DNA of 63,749 bases, the filler included, from Thraustochytrium aureum (lineage: Eukaryota), in assembly GCA_012862495.1 (NCBI GenBank). It is 7 parts of 2 records of this genome, joined end to end, with 100 filler letters (N's around TTAATTAATTAA, not from the genome) between each part and the next. Parts side by side here need not be neighbours in the genome. Positions count along the whole stretch, not along the records: positions 1 to 27,012 come from BLSG01000181.1; 6 more parts are not named here. One strand, written 5' to 3'. Below the pieces are notes generated by a model that had not been told where the DNA came from, made no database searches, and saw only the letters and a program-made list of their open reading frames with translations. Position numbers and translations under genes: made by a program. Shown here piece after piece: positions 1 through 10,100 of this stretch. How positions within the stretch are numbered: position 1 is the first letter of the stretch; the number at the start of each line of letters is the position of its first letter.

Positions 1-637
1 GCTCCTGTTGCTGCTCTGGCCTGGTCACCGTTCGACGAGGAACGGGGGTGAGTGATCAGGTCTGCCGCCCATCAGCAGCTCCATCTCCGCCACCAACGAA
101 CTGCACGCTTGCTTGCCACCCATACGCAGAGTGACGTCACGCCACGCTGGCGCCCGCGCGCGTTACGTCATGGCAACTAGGGTAGGGATGTGCGTGGACG
201 GCAATCTGGTCACTCGGATCTCGGCTCTTGAGGTGCGCGGACACTGCAGACGCAGTGTCCGCGCTTCCTGAACTGCTCCAAGCCCGCGCGCTCGTCCGTC
301 TTCGTTGCATGTGCGCCTGGGCTGGCGGAGCTCTGCTGCTTGCGCCTTTCGTTGCTTCTTGCAAGATCGATCAAGGGATTGGCACGACGGCAGCCTCATG
401 AGATTTGACGGCGGAATGGGGTGCGAGCAAGACACTGGCATGACGACAGATGTGACGGCGGCTCGTTGGTTTCTCTGTTTTGACGGAACGGGGTGCCACG
501 CCAGCCAAGATGCGCATGCGGCTCGGGCAAGTGGCAAGGACTAACCGTTCGTTCCCGCAAGACTCTAGCTAGTAGAGAACGAACAAACGCCCCCGGGGGC
601 GGGCGCGCGCACAGGCCTTGCGCGCAGCAGACTAGGT

Positions 638-3606
638 CTAGCGTCGCGGGTGGCTCGTCCGGTGCGCGCCCGGCCGTCTGCCAGCCGAGCTCGATTGGGG
701 CCGATCCCCCGGCGCGTATCGATGACTGGTGGACCCCCGAGCGTCGGGCTTGTGGCTGCGGGGCGGCGCGCCGCGGCTCTCGCCCCGCCGCGGCGCCTGA
801 GCCGCAGGGCGGTGCTGCACGTACGATCCGGGTGCAATGCGCGACTNNNNNNNNNNNNNNNNNNNNNNNNNNNNNNNNNNNNNNNNNNNNNNNNNNNNNN
901 NNNNNNNNNNNNNNNNNNNNNNNNNNNNNNNNNNNNNNNNNNNNNNNNNNNNNNNNNNNNNNNNNNNNNNNNNNNNNNNNNNNNNNNNNNNNNNNNNNNN
1001 NNNNNNNNNNNNNNNNNNNNNNNNNNNNNNNNNNNNNNNNNNNNNNNNNNNNNGGTCAAGCGGCGCGCTACCCTCGAGGGGGATTTTGCGCGCTCGAATA
1101 AACTCGGCCGGGACCGGCGTGGTGAGCGCCCGGTGCAAGACCTGCTTGCTCTGCCGCGCAAACGCGGCCCACACGACGCCGCCTATGCCCTTGATCCCGC
1201 TCGGCGCGGCCATCACCAGCACAATGTGCCAGGCCGAACCTTTCTCCGGCGAGGCGCCCTCAAACAAAATCCGATTTGCCTGCGCAGCCGACAGAATGCC
1301 TTTCAGGCAGAGCTCGCGCAAAGCCAAAAATAACTCCTCCGCTCCTTGCAGGGCCATGGATCGCTTGGCTCCGTCGCGCGAGAGCGCCAGCGGCTCCCAA
1401 AACTGCAGGGCGTCGAGTGCCCCAGGTTGGCCCGGCAGCAGCCCACTCAACTTGTCCCCGTAAGTGCTGCACCGGAGCTGCCCCAGCTGGTGCTGGGCAA
1501 GCACAGCGCTAAAGTGCTCGCGAAGGCCCGCCGCTGTCCACTGCTCCGACCTCGCGGGGAACTCCAAGCGTCCGTGGCTGGAAGGTTGCGGCGGTTGCGC
1601 GAACCCGCCAACCACGCCGGCCCGAGCCGGCGGGGCGCGCTCAGCCGCGATGGCGCGGTGGCAACCAATGATCTCGCTGCTCAGCAGCGCGTCAATGAGG
1701 ATCCCATCCGGGCAAGTCGGGTCGGCAGGGGACGCGCGCGCCAACCGAAACTTGGCCTCTAAATACGCGAGGTACGCTGCCGGGCCGGACGCGAGCGCCT
1801 TGGCAATCGTGCACAGCATCTGGCAGGCGCTCGCCAGATTGCGCGAGCACGCCAAGTGCAGCAGCGTGCGGCCCTCGCCGTCCACGTTGGTGCCCAAGAA
1901 CAGAGCGCGCCGCCCTCGGGACTCAGCAGAGGCGTCAGCTCCTGCGAGAGGGCAAGGAAAGAGGCAGGCGAACCGGTTGCCAAGCACTGCGCCACGGGCA
2001 AAACGCCCCTCCATGGCGTCGAGAGTGCCTCCCGCAATTGCTCTTGCGAGATCAAACTAGCTTTGGCGGCCCGCAACAGCTCCTCCAGGTAGGCGGCGAG
2101 CGGCGACTCGCTTTCCACCTTGCCGCACAGCGCAATTACGTCAAACACACGAGGAGCGCCCGCCCCCGCGCCAAACATCACGCGCCAATACCCAGCGCGA
2201 TCCAGCGCTTTCGCCTCCAGGGCCTGGCGCAACTCGTTCTGGAAAAACCTGTCGAGCGCGTCTCGCGGCCCCGCCGCGCCGCCGGCTTGGGCGCCATCGA
2301 TGAGTAGCGCGTCCAGCGCCTTCGAGAGCAGCTCGTGCCGAGGCGCTTGAGCGACCGAGCGCACGGGAACCACGATTGGGACCCCGTCTGCGGTCACTAG
2401 GGTCGGTGGCTTGAGCGGCGGATCTGGAAGCGCGAGGCCCTGTCCGTCTCGGGGACCGGGCGGCACTGCGGCGCCTATCACCGCACGCGGCCTCGTCCAT
2501 GGCCTCGTCGGGCTGTACGAAAAGGACGTTTGTGGCGGTGAGCTTGCAGAGTCGGACGAGCGCTCGGCCTCAAACGCGCGGATTTTGCGTTCTTGCGTTG
2601 CGCCCCAGCCGCCATAGACGGCTGCGCGCCCCCACGACGCCCGCGGAAGCGCCGCGCCCTCGCGCTCAAACGACTTGGACGTCTTATTCCAACTGAGCTT
2701 GGAATAGGCTTCGGCCACGCAACCATCCCCGGGGGTGGGAGCAGAGCTCGGTTGCACGGGCTCAACCTTTTCTGCGAACCGAACAGACTTGAGAGGCAGC
2801 ACGCGCCCGCCCTCGTTCCAGATCGATCCCTCCACAAGCGCCTGCTCGTCTGACTTTGGCCGTTTGGCCGCGCTCTCCCCGCCACCAGGACCGGCCACGC
2901 TTCGCTTACTACCCGACGCGACATCCCCTTCGGCAGGCGCATGCGTTTCGACCTCGCTGCCGAGCTCGTCCGTCCCGTATCGAATGCGGCGCGAGTCGGC
3001 TTTGGACTGCGCGGTTTGCAGGCAATCCAGGACGGTTCCCTTTAGAAAGCCGAGGATGCCCACGAGTCGCTTTTCGAGCCGACGGTCAACTGCACTCTGC
3101 ACTTTCCGCAGCGTCTCGCGGTGTGAGACCTGGAGACGGCGTAGCTTTCGTGTATCAAACATGGAGTCGAACGATTCAAAGAATACCGCAAGCATTCCGC
3201 ACAGGTCCAAGAGGTCCATTTGCTGGTTCCAACTCAGCCCTGCGCCGAGACTTGCAAGCGCGTCAACGAGCCACTGCCGCAGGTGCTTGGTCAAGGAGGA
3301 CTCCTTGTACGGCTCCAGGGCGCGCTCCGCCTCGGCGGGCGCCCTGCCGTCGCGCGGCGCCACGTACGCTTCAAGCTGCCACAACTGGTACGTTTCGCAC
3401 TTCGTCAGGGCCTGGACCAGGAGCGCGCGGTCAGCAACCGCCTTCGACTTTCGCACAAGCTTCATGAACCGCTTCACGTCCGCGGCCGTCGCGGTCAGCG
3501 GGCGGCCGTCCGCGCCGAGGGCTTTCAGGAGCGCCTCCTCAAACTCGAGCGGCGCGGCGTCGACTCGCCGCTGGCACACGCGTGCTGGACCCTTCGGCCC
3601 GCTCAT
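638..3606 (-). CDS. PNUTS/PPP1R10-like N-terminal domain + RVxF motif + divergent ankyrin-like repeat protein (paralogue A; one frameshift near 1915, N-gap 847-1053)
   Basis: ATG at 3606 (MSGPKGPARV). ORF 1759..4053 joins ORF 638..2014 if one base is restored at CCCGAGGG^CGGCGC, giving PEGRRALFLGTNVDGEGRTLLHLAC, collinear with paralogue B (NADGSGRTLLHLAC). Shares LGADGR, W.LE.Y, L..WL, DLLDL.GM, YGGWG and WTRPR with paralogue B. The C-terminal frame across the gap is uncertain. Confidence 0.75.
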
Positions 3607-3667
3607 TTCCCGGCCGCAAAACGAGGAACACCAACTAACTGACTCGAGCGCGCCTGCCCTGCCCAAG

Positions 3668-3712
3668 CAGCAGCAGCAGCAGCGGCAGCAGCAGCAGCAG
3701 CGGCAGCAGCGC

Positions 3713-3765
<53 letters not shown>
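3668..3765. repeat. Interrupted (CAG)n trinucleotide microsatellite just upstream of the paralogue A start
   Basis: Direct read: long CAG run with a few CGG/CGC/GGC interruptions. Confidence 0.95.
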
Positions 3766-3766
<1 letters not shown>

Positions 3767-4331
3767 GCCCTGGCCGTCGGCAGACGGCCTCGCGCGCAGC
3801 CGCCGCCACTCTGACGTTGGGCCTTGAGGCTGTGAAAGCGTTCCGCAAGTATTCTCGGGGACCAACGAGGACCAACCAGCTCGGAATTCGGGTTGGCGTT
3901 CGACTTTCTCGAGACCTCGGGGCGCTCGCTCTCTGTAGGTAAGTACCCACCGGATGTCGTTGAGGAGGATGATCGTGGAGCGGTCTTTTCGCATGTCAAG
4001 CTCGACGTGCTGTTCACAAGGTCGTGGCGGCTGGTCCTGTGCCTCCCGTTCACGTCGAGCGAGTGCTGCTCAGGCGTTCTCCGACGCGCTGTAGTTACAG
4101 GTCGCCGTTTCGTAGATCATTTTGAGGGCGCGTTTTAGCGTAGTGTAGTAGCTACTTGTAACGCGCCGACCACATGGAGCACACCAACGCAGTTCGTGGA
4201 GACGCTGACCGCTCCGAGCTCACTCAACCTTCCGCCCCTTTGAAGCACCTTGGCCATGAACGCCTTCATCGCGTACCGCATCCTAGTCGTCGTACACCTC
4301 CGCCGCAGAAAGAGGAGAACGATGCGCGGGA

Positions 4332-4552
4332 GCAAGTTGTGTCCAACGCGAGTGGGCTGTGCCGGGCGGTCGAGGGTGCGAGTCGAAGTGCATCTTTGGC
4401 TTGCCGTTTTCAATGGTCTATCTGCTCGCAAGTTGTGTCCAACGCCAGTGGGTTGTGTCGATCGGTCGAGGGTGTGAGCTCAAGAGCATCTCTTGCGTTC
4501 CGTTGGACCTACTCACTCTACTCTGCACCACAAGCTGTGTCCAGCGCCAATG
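4332..4552. repeat. Degenerate tandem repeat, period 96 then 102 bp (about 2.2 copies)
   Basis: GCAAGTTGTGTCCAACGC recurs at 4332 and 4428, and CAAGCTGTGTCCAGCGCC at 4531. Both periods are multiples of 3. Confidence 0.85.
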
Positions 4553-4783
4553 ACGTACAAACTCGGTTGGCCAATGCAGCTAGCTGGTAGAGCCTCCGGA
4601 GTTCGTACATACTCGCGTACCTCAACTTGCACGTACTTGTACATTGGGTCGAGAACCTGATCAGAAAACCAAACACCAAACACCAATCTCCAACCCCGTG
4701 CCAAGAACAAGGCGCAGGACCGGTAAGGAGAGCCCTCAAATCGTTCGAATCCACAGAAGGCTCGAAAAGCAGGCTAGGACAAC

Positions 4784-6691
4784 ATGGGGCGGGCCTGGAA
4801 GCGTCTCGTTCTGGGCGTAGCCGTCGCTGGGCTCGGTGCGTCGGCGGCGGCGCAGACCTGCAAGGACACGGCCGGCGTCTGGGACGGCGAAGCGGTTCTC
4901 AACGAGGCCTCAAAGTTCACCGTTCAGTGGCGTTTTGAGGGCGATGAAATTGTTCTCGCAATCTCCGCGGAGAACGCCAAATGGGTCGGGTTTGGCCTGA
5001 GCGAGGAAACCTCCGGCAGCATGCTCGGTGCTGATATCATTACTGGCCGATTTGAGCCGGATGGCAAGCCAATCGTCGAAGACAGGTTCGTGCCGTGGCA
5101 AGCTTTTCCGTTTGCGCCGTACGGCACAGAGTACACCTGGCACGACAAGAACACAAAAGTGCAGACCTCGCCCTCTCTTTGGCCTGTGCTCGACTGCGAG
5201 CAGGACTGGGCCGCGGAAGGAGGGTCACAGGCAGAGTCCTGCACTCTTGTTGTCGCTCGCCGCGCATTGGTCACGAAGGACTCGAAGAACGACCGCCCCA
5301 TCGTCGCTGGGAGCACAGCTCGCGTGATTTGGGCTCTTGGCAGCACCGCTAGTGTCTCGTACCATGGCGCTCAACGCGGCTCTACCACGCTGTCTTTCAG
5401 CTCGCCGACTGCGTCGCTCGTGGCCGCCACGCCAAACGAGTGCTCCGTCAAACCCAACAACTGCACGGTGGTGAACTTGACCATGTCCAACTACGAGATT
5501 CCCGCACAGGAGACGACGTACGCATGCCAGAGCTTTGAGTTGGGCGATCAGGAGGCCCACGTGATCAAAATTGAGCCCATCATCGACAACGCTCCACATG
5601 TGCACCACATCCTGCTCCACATCTGCAACAACGGCGAGTTTTTCGGAACCCACTTGAGCCCAAAGCCGTGCGGCGGCGGTGCGATTGGGGACAGTGCTCT
5701 CAGTGCTGGTGGTTGCCAGAGCCTCATGTTCGCATGGGCGATCGGTGGCGCGGCTCTTGCGCTTCCCAAGGAGGCCGGCTTTCCAGTCGGGAAGAGTGGT
5801 TCCAGGTTTCTAATGGTGGAGATCCACTACGACAACCCGGCGCGGGTCGTCGGCGCAAGGGACTCGACCACGATCAGGCTCACGACGACAACTGACAAAC
5901 GAGCCCACGACGCTGGCGTCCTTGTCGCTGGCGACGTCACAACAGGGCTCGATGACCTCAAAAAGGGCGACGCACTTTCACATCGCGTTGCGGAGTGCCC
6001 CGGCGAGTGCACCAAGACGTGGCGCGAGCCCATCAACGTATTTGCCTCGTTTCTGCACATGCACTCGTTTGGACGCAGGATTTGGACCAACCGAGTCGAC
6101 AGCACAAACAAGCTGCAAGAGACGACCAACTCTGTCGAATTCTGGAACTTTGGATTCCAGCAGGTGACCCCCGTGTCGTTCAAGGTCAATCCGGGCGACA
6201 GCTTGTTTGTTCACTGCGAATACGACACGGCCAAGTGGCCTGCGGACGTCAAGTTTGGATCGGAAAGCCTAGACGAAATGTGCATGGACTTCCTCTTCTA
6301 CTGGCCGCTTCAGCGGGAAAACGCCACGATTTGCGGAGGCATTCTCTCGACTCGAAACTTTTTTCGCGAGAGTGAGGTTTCGGAGACAGATATTTCTGAG
6401 ATCTTCGCCGCCTACCCCGACTTAGCCTCCAAGATGGCTCTCTCGCTTTGCGGCGAAAGGGTCATCGCGGAAGACCATTTCATGCAAAGCATCGGCGGCT
6501 TCCAAGTTCCCGTGCAGCGCACGGACCCCACCTGGAACGGCACGCACTACCAGCGCAACTTTGAATTCGCATCGTCCGGCGAGGACTGCTTGGGAGGCCC
6601 ACCGGCACCAAGCCCTGTTGTGTCAGGCACCTTCGAAGCGATCTCGACGAATATCCTGCTCACCGCAGTCGCTTTGGGCATGGTGCTCTGA
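4784..6691 (+). CDS. DOMON + copper type II ascorbate-dependent monooxygenase (DBH-like/MOXD1-like), secreted or membrane-anchored
   Basis: Signal peptide; DOMON motif WVGFGLS..GSMLGADII; copper-ligand motifs HHILLH, EIHYDNP, LHMHSFG and EMC; hydrophobic C-terminal tail. Confidence 0.92.
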   Translation: MGRAWKRLVLGVAVAGLGASAAAQTCKDTAGVWDGEAVLNEASKFTVQWRFEGDEIVLAISAENAKWVGFGLSEETSGSMLGADIITGRFEPDGKPIVEDRFVPWQAFPFAPYGTEYTWHDKNTKVQTSPSLWPVLDCEQDWAAEGGSQAESCTLVVARRALVTKDSKNDRPIVAGSTARVIWALGSTASVSYHGAQRGSTTLSFSSPTASLVAATPNECSVKPNNCTVVNLTMSNYEIPAQETTYACQSFELGDQEAHVIKIEPIIDNAPHVHHILLHICNNGEFFGTHLSPKPCGGGAIGDSALSAGGCQSLMFAWAIGGAALALPKEAGFPVGKSGSRFLMVEIHYDNPARVVGARDSTTIRLTTTTDKRAHDAGVLVAGDVTTGLDDLKKGDALSHRVAECPGECTKTWREPINVFASFLHMHSFGRRIWTNRVDSTNKLQETTNSVEFWNFGFQQVTPVSFKVNPGDSLFVHCEYDTAKWPADVKFGSESLDEMCMDFLFYWPLQRENATICGGILSTRNFFRESEVSETDISEIFAAYPDLASKMALSLCGERVIAEDHFMQSIGGFQVPVQRTDPTWNGTHYQRNFEFASSGEDCLGGPPAPSPVVSGTFEAISTNILLTAVALGMVL

Positions 6692-6787
6692 CCATGGTGT
6701 TGTCCTTGATTCCGATTTTTCTTTTCAAGAAAGACGATCTCGACGAATATCCTGCTCACCGCAGTCGCTTTGGGCATGGTGCTCTGA
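6639..6787 (+). repeat. Exact 53-bp direct repeat (6639-6691 and 6735-6787) duplicating the last codons and stop of the monooxygenase
   Basis: CGATCTCGACGAATATCCTGCTCACCGCAGTCGCTTTGGGCATGGTGCTCTGA occurs twice, separated by 43 bp. Confidence 0.95.
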
Positions 6788-7149
6788 GACTATCTTCGAC
6801 TTTTGATTGATTGAGAACCAACTAGCCAACCAACCTCACGCCGCTGACGAATCCTTTTGTCGCATTGCTTTCTGCGTTGCTCGTGTCTCGGCGCGCGCAC
6901 AACCGCTGCTCCAACCCGCAACCCCAACGGCACAACCATCACCTTCATTCACTCCTTTCTCTAATAGCCTCGAGGTGACGAGGGTGTATGTATGTATATG
7001 TACATTCGTGGGTGTTTTTGGTGCTTGCCTCGCGCTCTGCGCAGCGCAGCGTTCCGGTGTTGGCGGCGACTTCATGGCCAAGTACCCGTGGACGATAGAC
7101 GGCGGCGGGCAAGTCTTGGTGAAGAGGACGACAGACTAAATGCGGCGCA

Positions 7150-10100
7150 CTAATCGTCCTTCGTTTGGTCAGCGATGCTTTCAGATTGGTCTCGTGCTCT
7201 TGGGTAGCGGTGACCGGCCGTGCTTTGCGTGGCAGCGCCGATCGTCATCCTGTCCTGGGCGCCCCTCCCGGGCTTTCGAGCCTCTTGACGAATCTGCCCA
7301 AGTTGTCTGCGGCGCTCCAAGTCGCGGCGGTAGAGGTCGCGAGCAAGGTCACCTGGCCTCGTGTCGGGCGCTCTTTGATCAAGAATGAACTCAAAAATCC
7401 ATCCAAGCGGTTTGTCGACCTGTTCGCCTTTCAAGCATCGTGCTTGCAGGTTCATGATCATTTCCCTTTCCTGTTTGAAAACGGCACGAACGGTGGTCAT
7501 GTCCTCGCAAGCCTCAACAAGCGAGCAGAGCAACGCCATGATGCAATCCCTCATCTCTCTCACGGCGTCCATCGCGAAGATCATGTGCAGGGCAGACCCG
7601 TCTCCCGCTGTTGAGTTGCATGGCTCCCAACACGGCGCAAAAAGGCGCCGATACAGAATCGCTTTCAAGTAGCAGGTGCTCGTTCGACTCACGGCTCTCA
7701 AAAGGGAGAGCGCTGCTCTGAGAACTTGAGTTTTCCGAGCCATGATGAGCGCAGCAATAGTAGACAGCCCGTCCAAATTGCAACCCGTCAGCAGCTCTTC
7801 CACGAAAGCACTCGACACGCGCTTTGCAACATAGAGCTCGGTCACGCTCTTGAGAAAAGTTCTCGCGGCGAATACCCTCCCCGGATAGTCGGGAGCAGGA
7901 CGACGAAGGTCGTCCATGTACGTCGTCGGCCTCGGTAGAATATACCAGAGCGCATTGAACGCGTCGCCCAAAAGCGCCCGTTCGACCTGGCGGCCCTCGA
8001 TTCTGCACGACTCGAAGTGCCTCGAAATACGCACAAAGTAAGCCGAGACTTGGGTATCGTCAACAGCACCCTCGCTAAGCGAGAGATAGGGAAACGTCAG
8101 GTCGATCCCTCCCCGCGCACCTCTACGTTTGGGGTCCTCTTGAAGGGCCGCTCGGGATTTCGGCGAGCTGCTCTCGGCGTCGCGAGTTGCGGCCAAACCC
8201 TCAGCCTTCGCATCGGCTGGCGCTCTACTGCCTCGTGGGCTAGGGTCTGGGCAAACGGCAGCTATTGCTCTGTCCTGGGGGCCAGCGCCGCCCCGCTCGC
8301 TGCTCGGCCGATCGGCCGCGACGCGGTCCTCTCGCCGCTCGGTTGAGCGCGAGTTGAGCGAGTCGCTTTTCTTGGCTTCCGGGGGCGCTTCAACGCCCTC
8401 GTTGGCCCTGTTTTGCTCGAGGAGACGCACGTTGTCCCCTTGCGGGATTTGGTTTTCACCTTGAACCTCGGCCCGCAGCTTCTGGGTGGTTTTCGTGAGA
8501 TGGAAGGCCAGTTTGTTGCGCGGAAAGCCCAGCTCTGTGCACATACTGACAGCGCCCTTTCCGTTTCCAGCAGCGCTGCCGAAGAAGCGCAATNNNNNNN
8601 NNNNNNNNNNNNNNNNNNNNNNNNNNNNNNNNNNNNNNNNNNNNNNNNNNNNNNNNNNNNNNNNTTTCCGTTTCCAGCAGCGCTGCCGAAGAGGCGCAAT
8701 ACCACGTGCGCGCTTGAGGCCGCCCGAAGCTCCTCGACAAAGACATCGATGCATCGTCGAACCTCGCGGAGCTCGGCGCTCTTCGGGCCGCGCATGAGCA
8801 GGAAGTGGAGTAACGTCGAGCCCGCAGGCTTCAGCGAGGTTGCAGAGAACTTGGCCGTCAACTCCCGGACAAAAGACTCGTCGTCAGACTTTGCGGCTCG
8901 CAAGAGAACGAGGAAATCTCGCAGCAGAATCGAGTCCTGCACGCTGACCACAGTGTCAAGGGCCGAGTAGCCCTTTATCGAAGGCGAGACCATGAGCTCG
9001 AGCAGCGCGCTTTGCGAGAAAAGCTTGCTGTTGAAGAGTCTGGTGATGCCGTCAAGGAACGCCCCCGCGCTTGCGATGCTGGCACGCCTCAACACGCTGT
9101 CGTCTGTGGCTCGCATGAGGAGATGATGCAGGCAGTTGAACCCGCTCCTTGCCACAGGGCCCCGTGAAAGCAAGTCGCGCTCCACCGCATCCTGGCTGCA
9201 CTGTTTCGTGCTGAGCAGTTCGGTGACGCGCTCAAAGTACTCGACCACCGCCTGTTTGTCAACGGTCCGCCTGATCTGGCGCGACGGAAAGGGGGCTAGC
9301 TTGTCGTCAGAGCACGCCGAGGCGGCCCGCGAGGACCGTGCTGCGTCGCTGCGTGTCGGATCAACCGACGCTAGCGATGCGGTGGGACTTGCGGGGGGGA
9401 CGCTGTTTGGCGGAATTGGCTGCGTTCCTTTACCACAGGCCGCCCGGAGGCCATTGCGGACTTGGACCAACGTGCTTGCCAGTAATTGTCTCGGCGGCCG
9501 CAGGCTCGCGCACCACTGGATGATGGTCTGCCCAAGCGCGTTCTGGGTTTGGAATTCGCGCAAAAGTTGCTCAAGGTCTTTGGACGCCTCGCGCAGGGCT
9601 CCGAAGAGCACGTTGAGATCCTCCCTCAAAACCTTGAGCGGTATTGTTGTGGACCCGCCAGCGCAAATGATGTGGACAGGGGTAGCAGAGTGCTCGGATA
9701 GGCCCTTGAAGCTGATGTAGACCTGGTTGACCGGTTTGAGGAGCTCTGCGACGAACGCGGCGTCGCCCATCACCTTCCGCAACAGGCGCAGGTAGGCCTC
9801 GAACAGTACGGCGTTGTGAATCTCGAGGAGGGAGACCAAGGCCGAGTAGCCCTTTATCGTCGGCTTGAGCATGAGCTCCAGCATCGTCTCCGCGGAGAAA
9901 TGCTTTGCGTCGAACAATAGCTCCAGACCCGCAAGGAAGGCCTTGCCAGGAGCAGTTGACGCCACGGGGTTGGCGCGAAGCTCCTTGGCATTCACAAGAA
10001 CAAAGTGGAGCACGTTGAAGCCGAGAAAAGCGCCATTTCTCCAGCTGAGGAGCTCTCGCTTGTACGCAGACACGTCGACGCCGTTCTTGTCGAGGTGGGC

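Noticed and set aside
3607..4053. N-terminal extension of paralogue A with a poly-Leu/poly-Cys stretch as signal peptide
   Set aside because: It is the translation of the CAG microsatellite; homology to paralogue B starts only after the ATG at 3606.
4332..4552. CRISPR-like array
   Set aside because: Whole units are similar with no unique spacers, only about two copies, no cas genes, eukaryotic context.
8557..8700. 36-bp near-identical repeat flanking an N-gap
   Set aside because: Flanks overlap with one mismatch and merge into one continuous reading frame; an unmerged contig or haplotype overlap.
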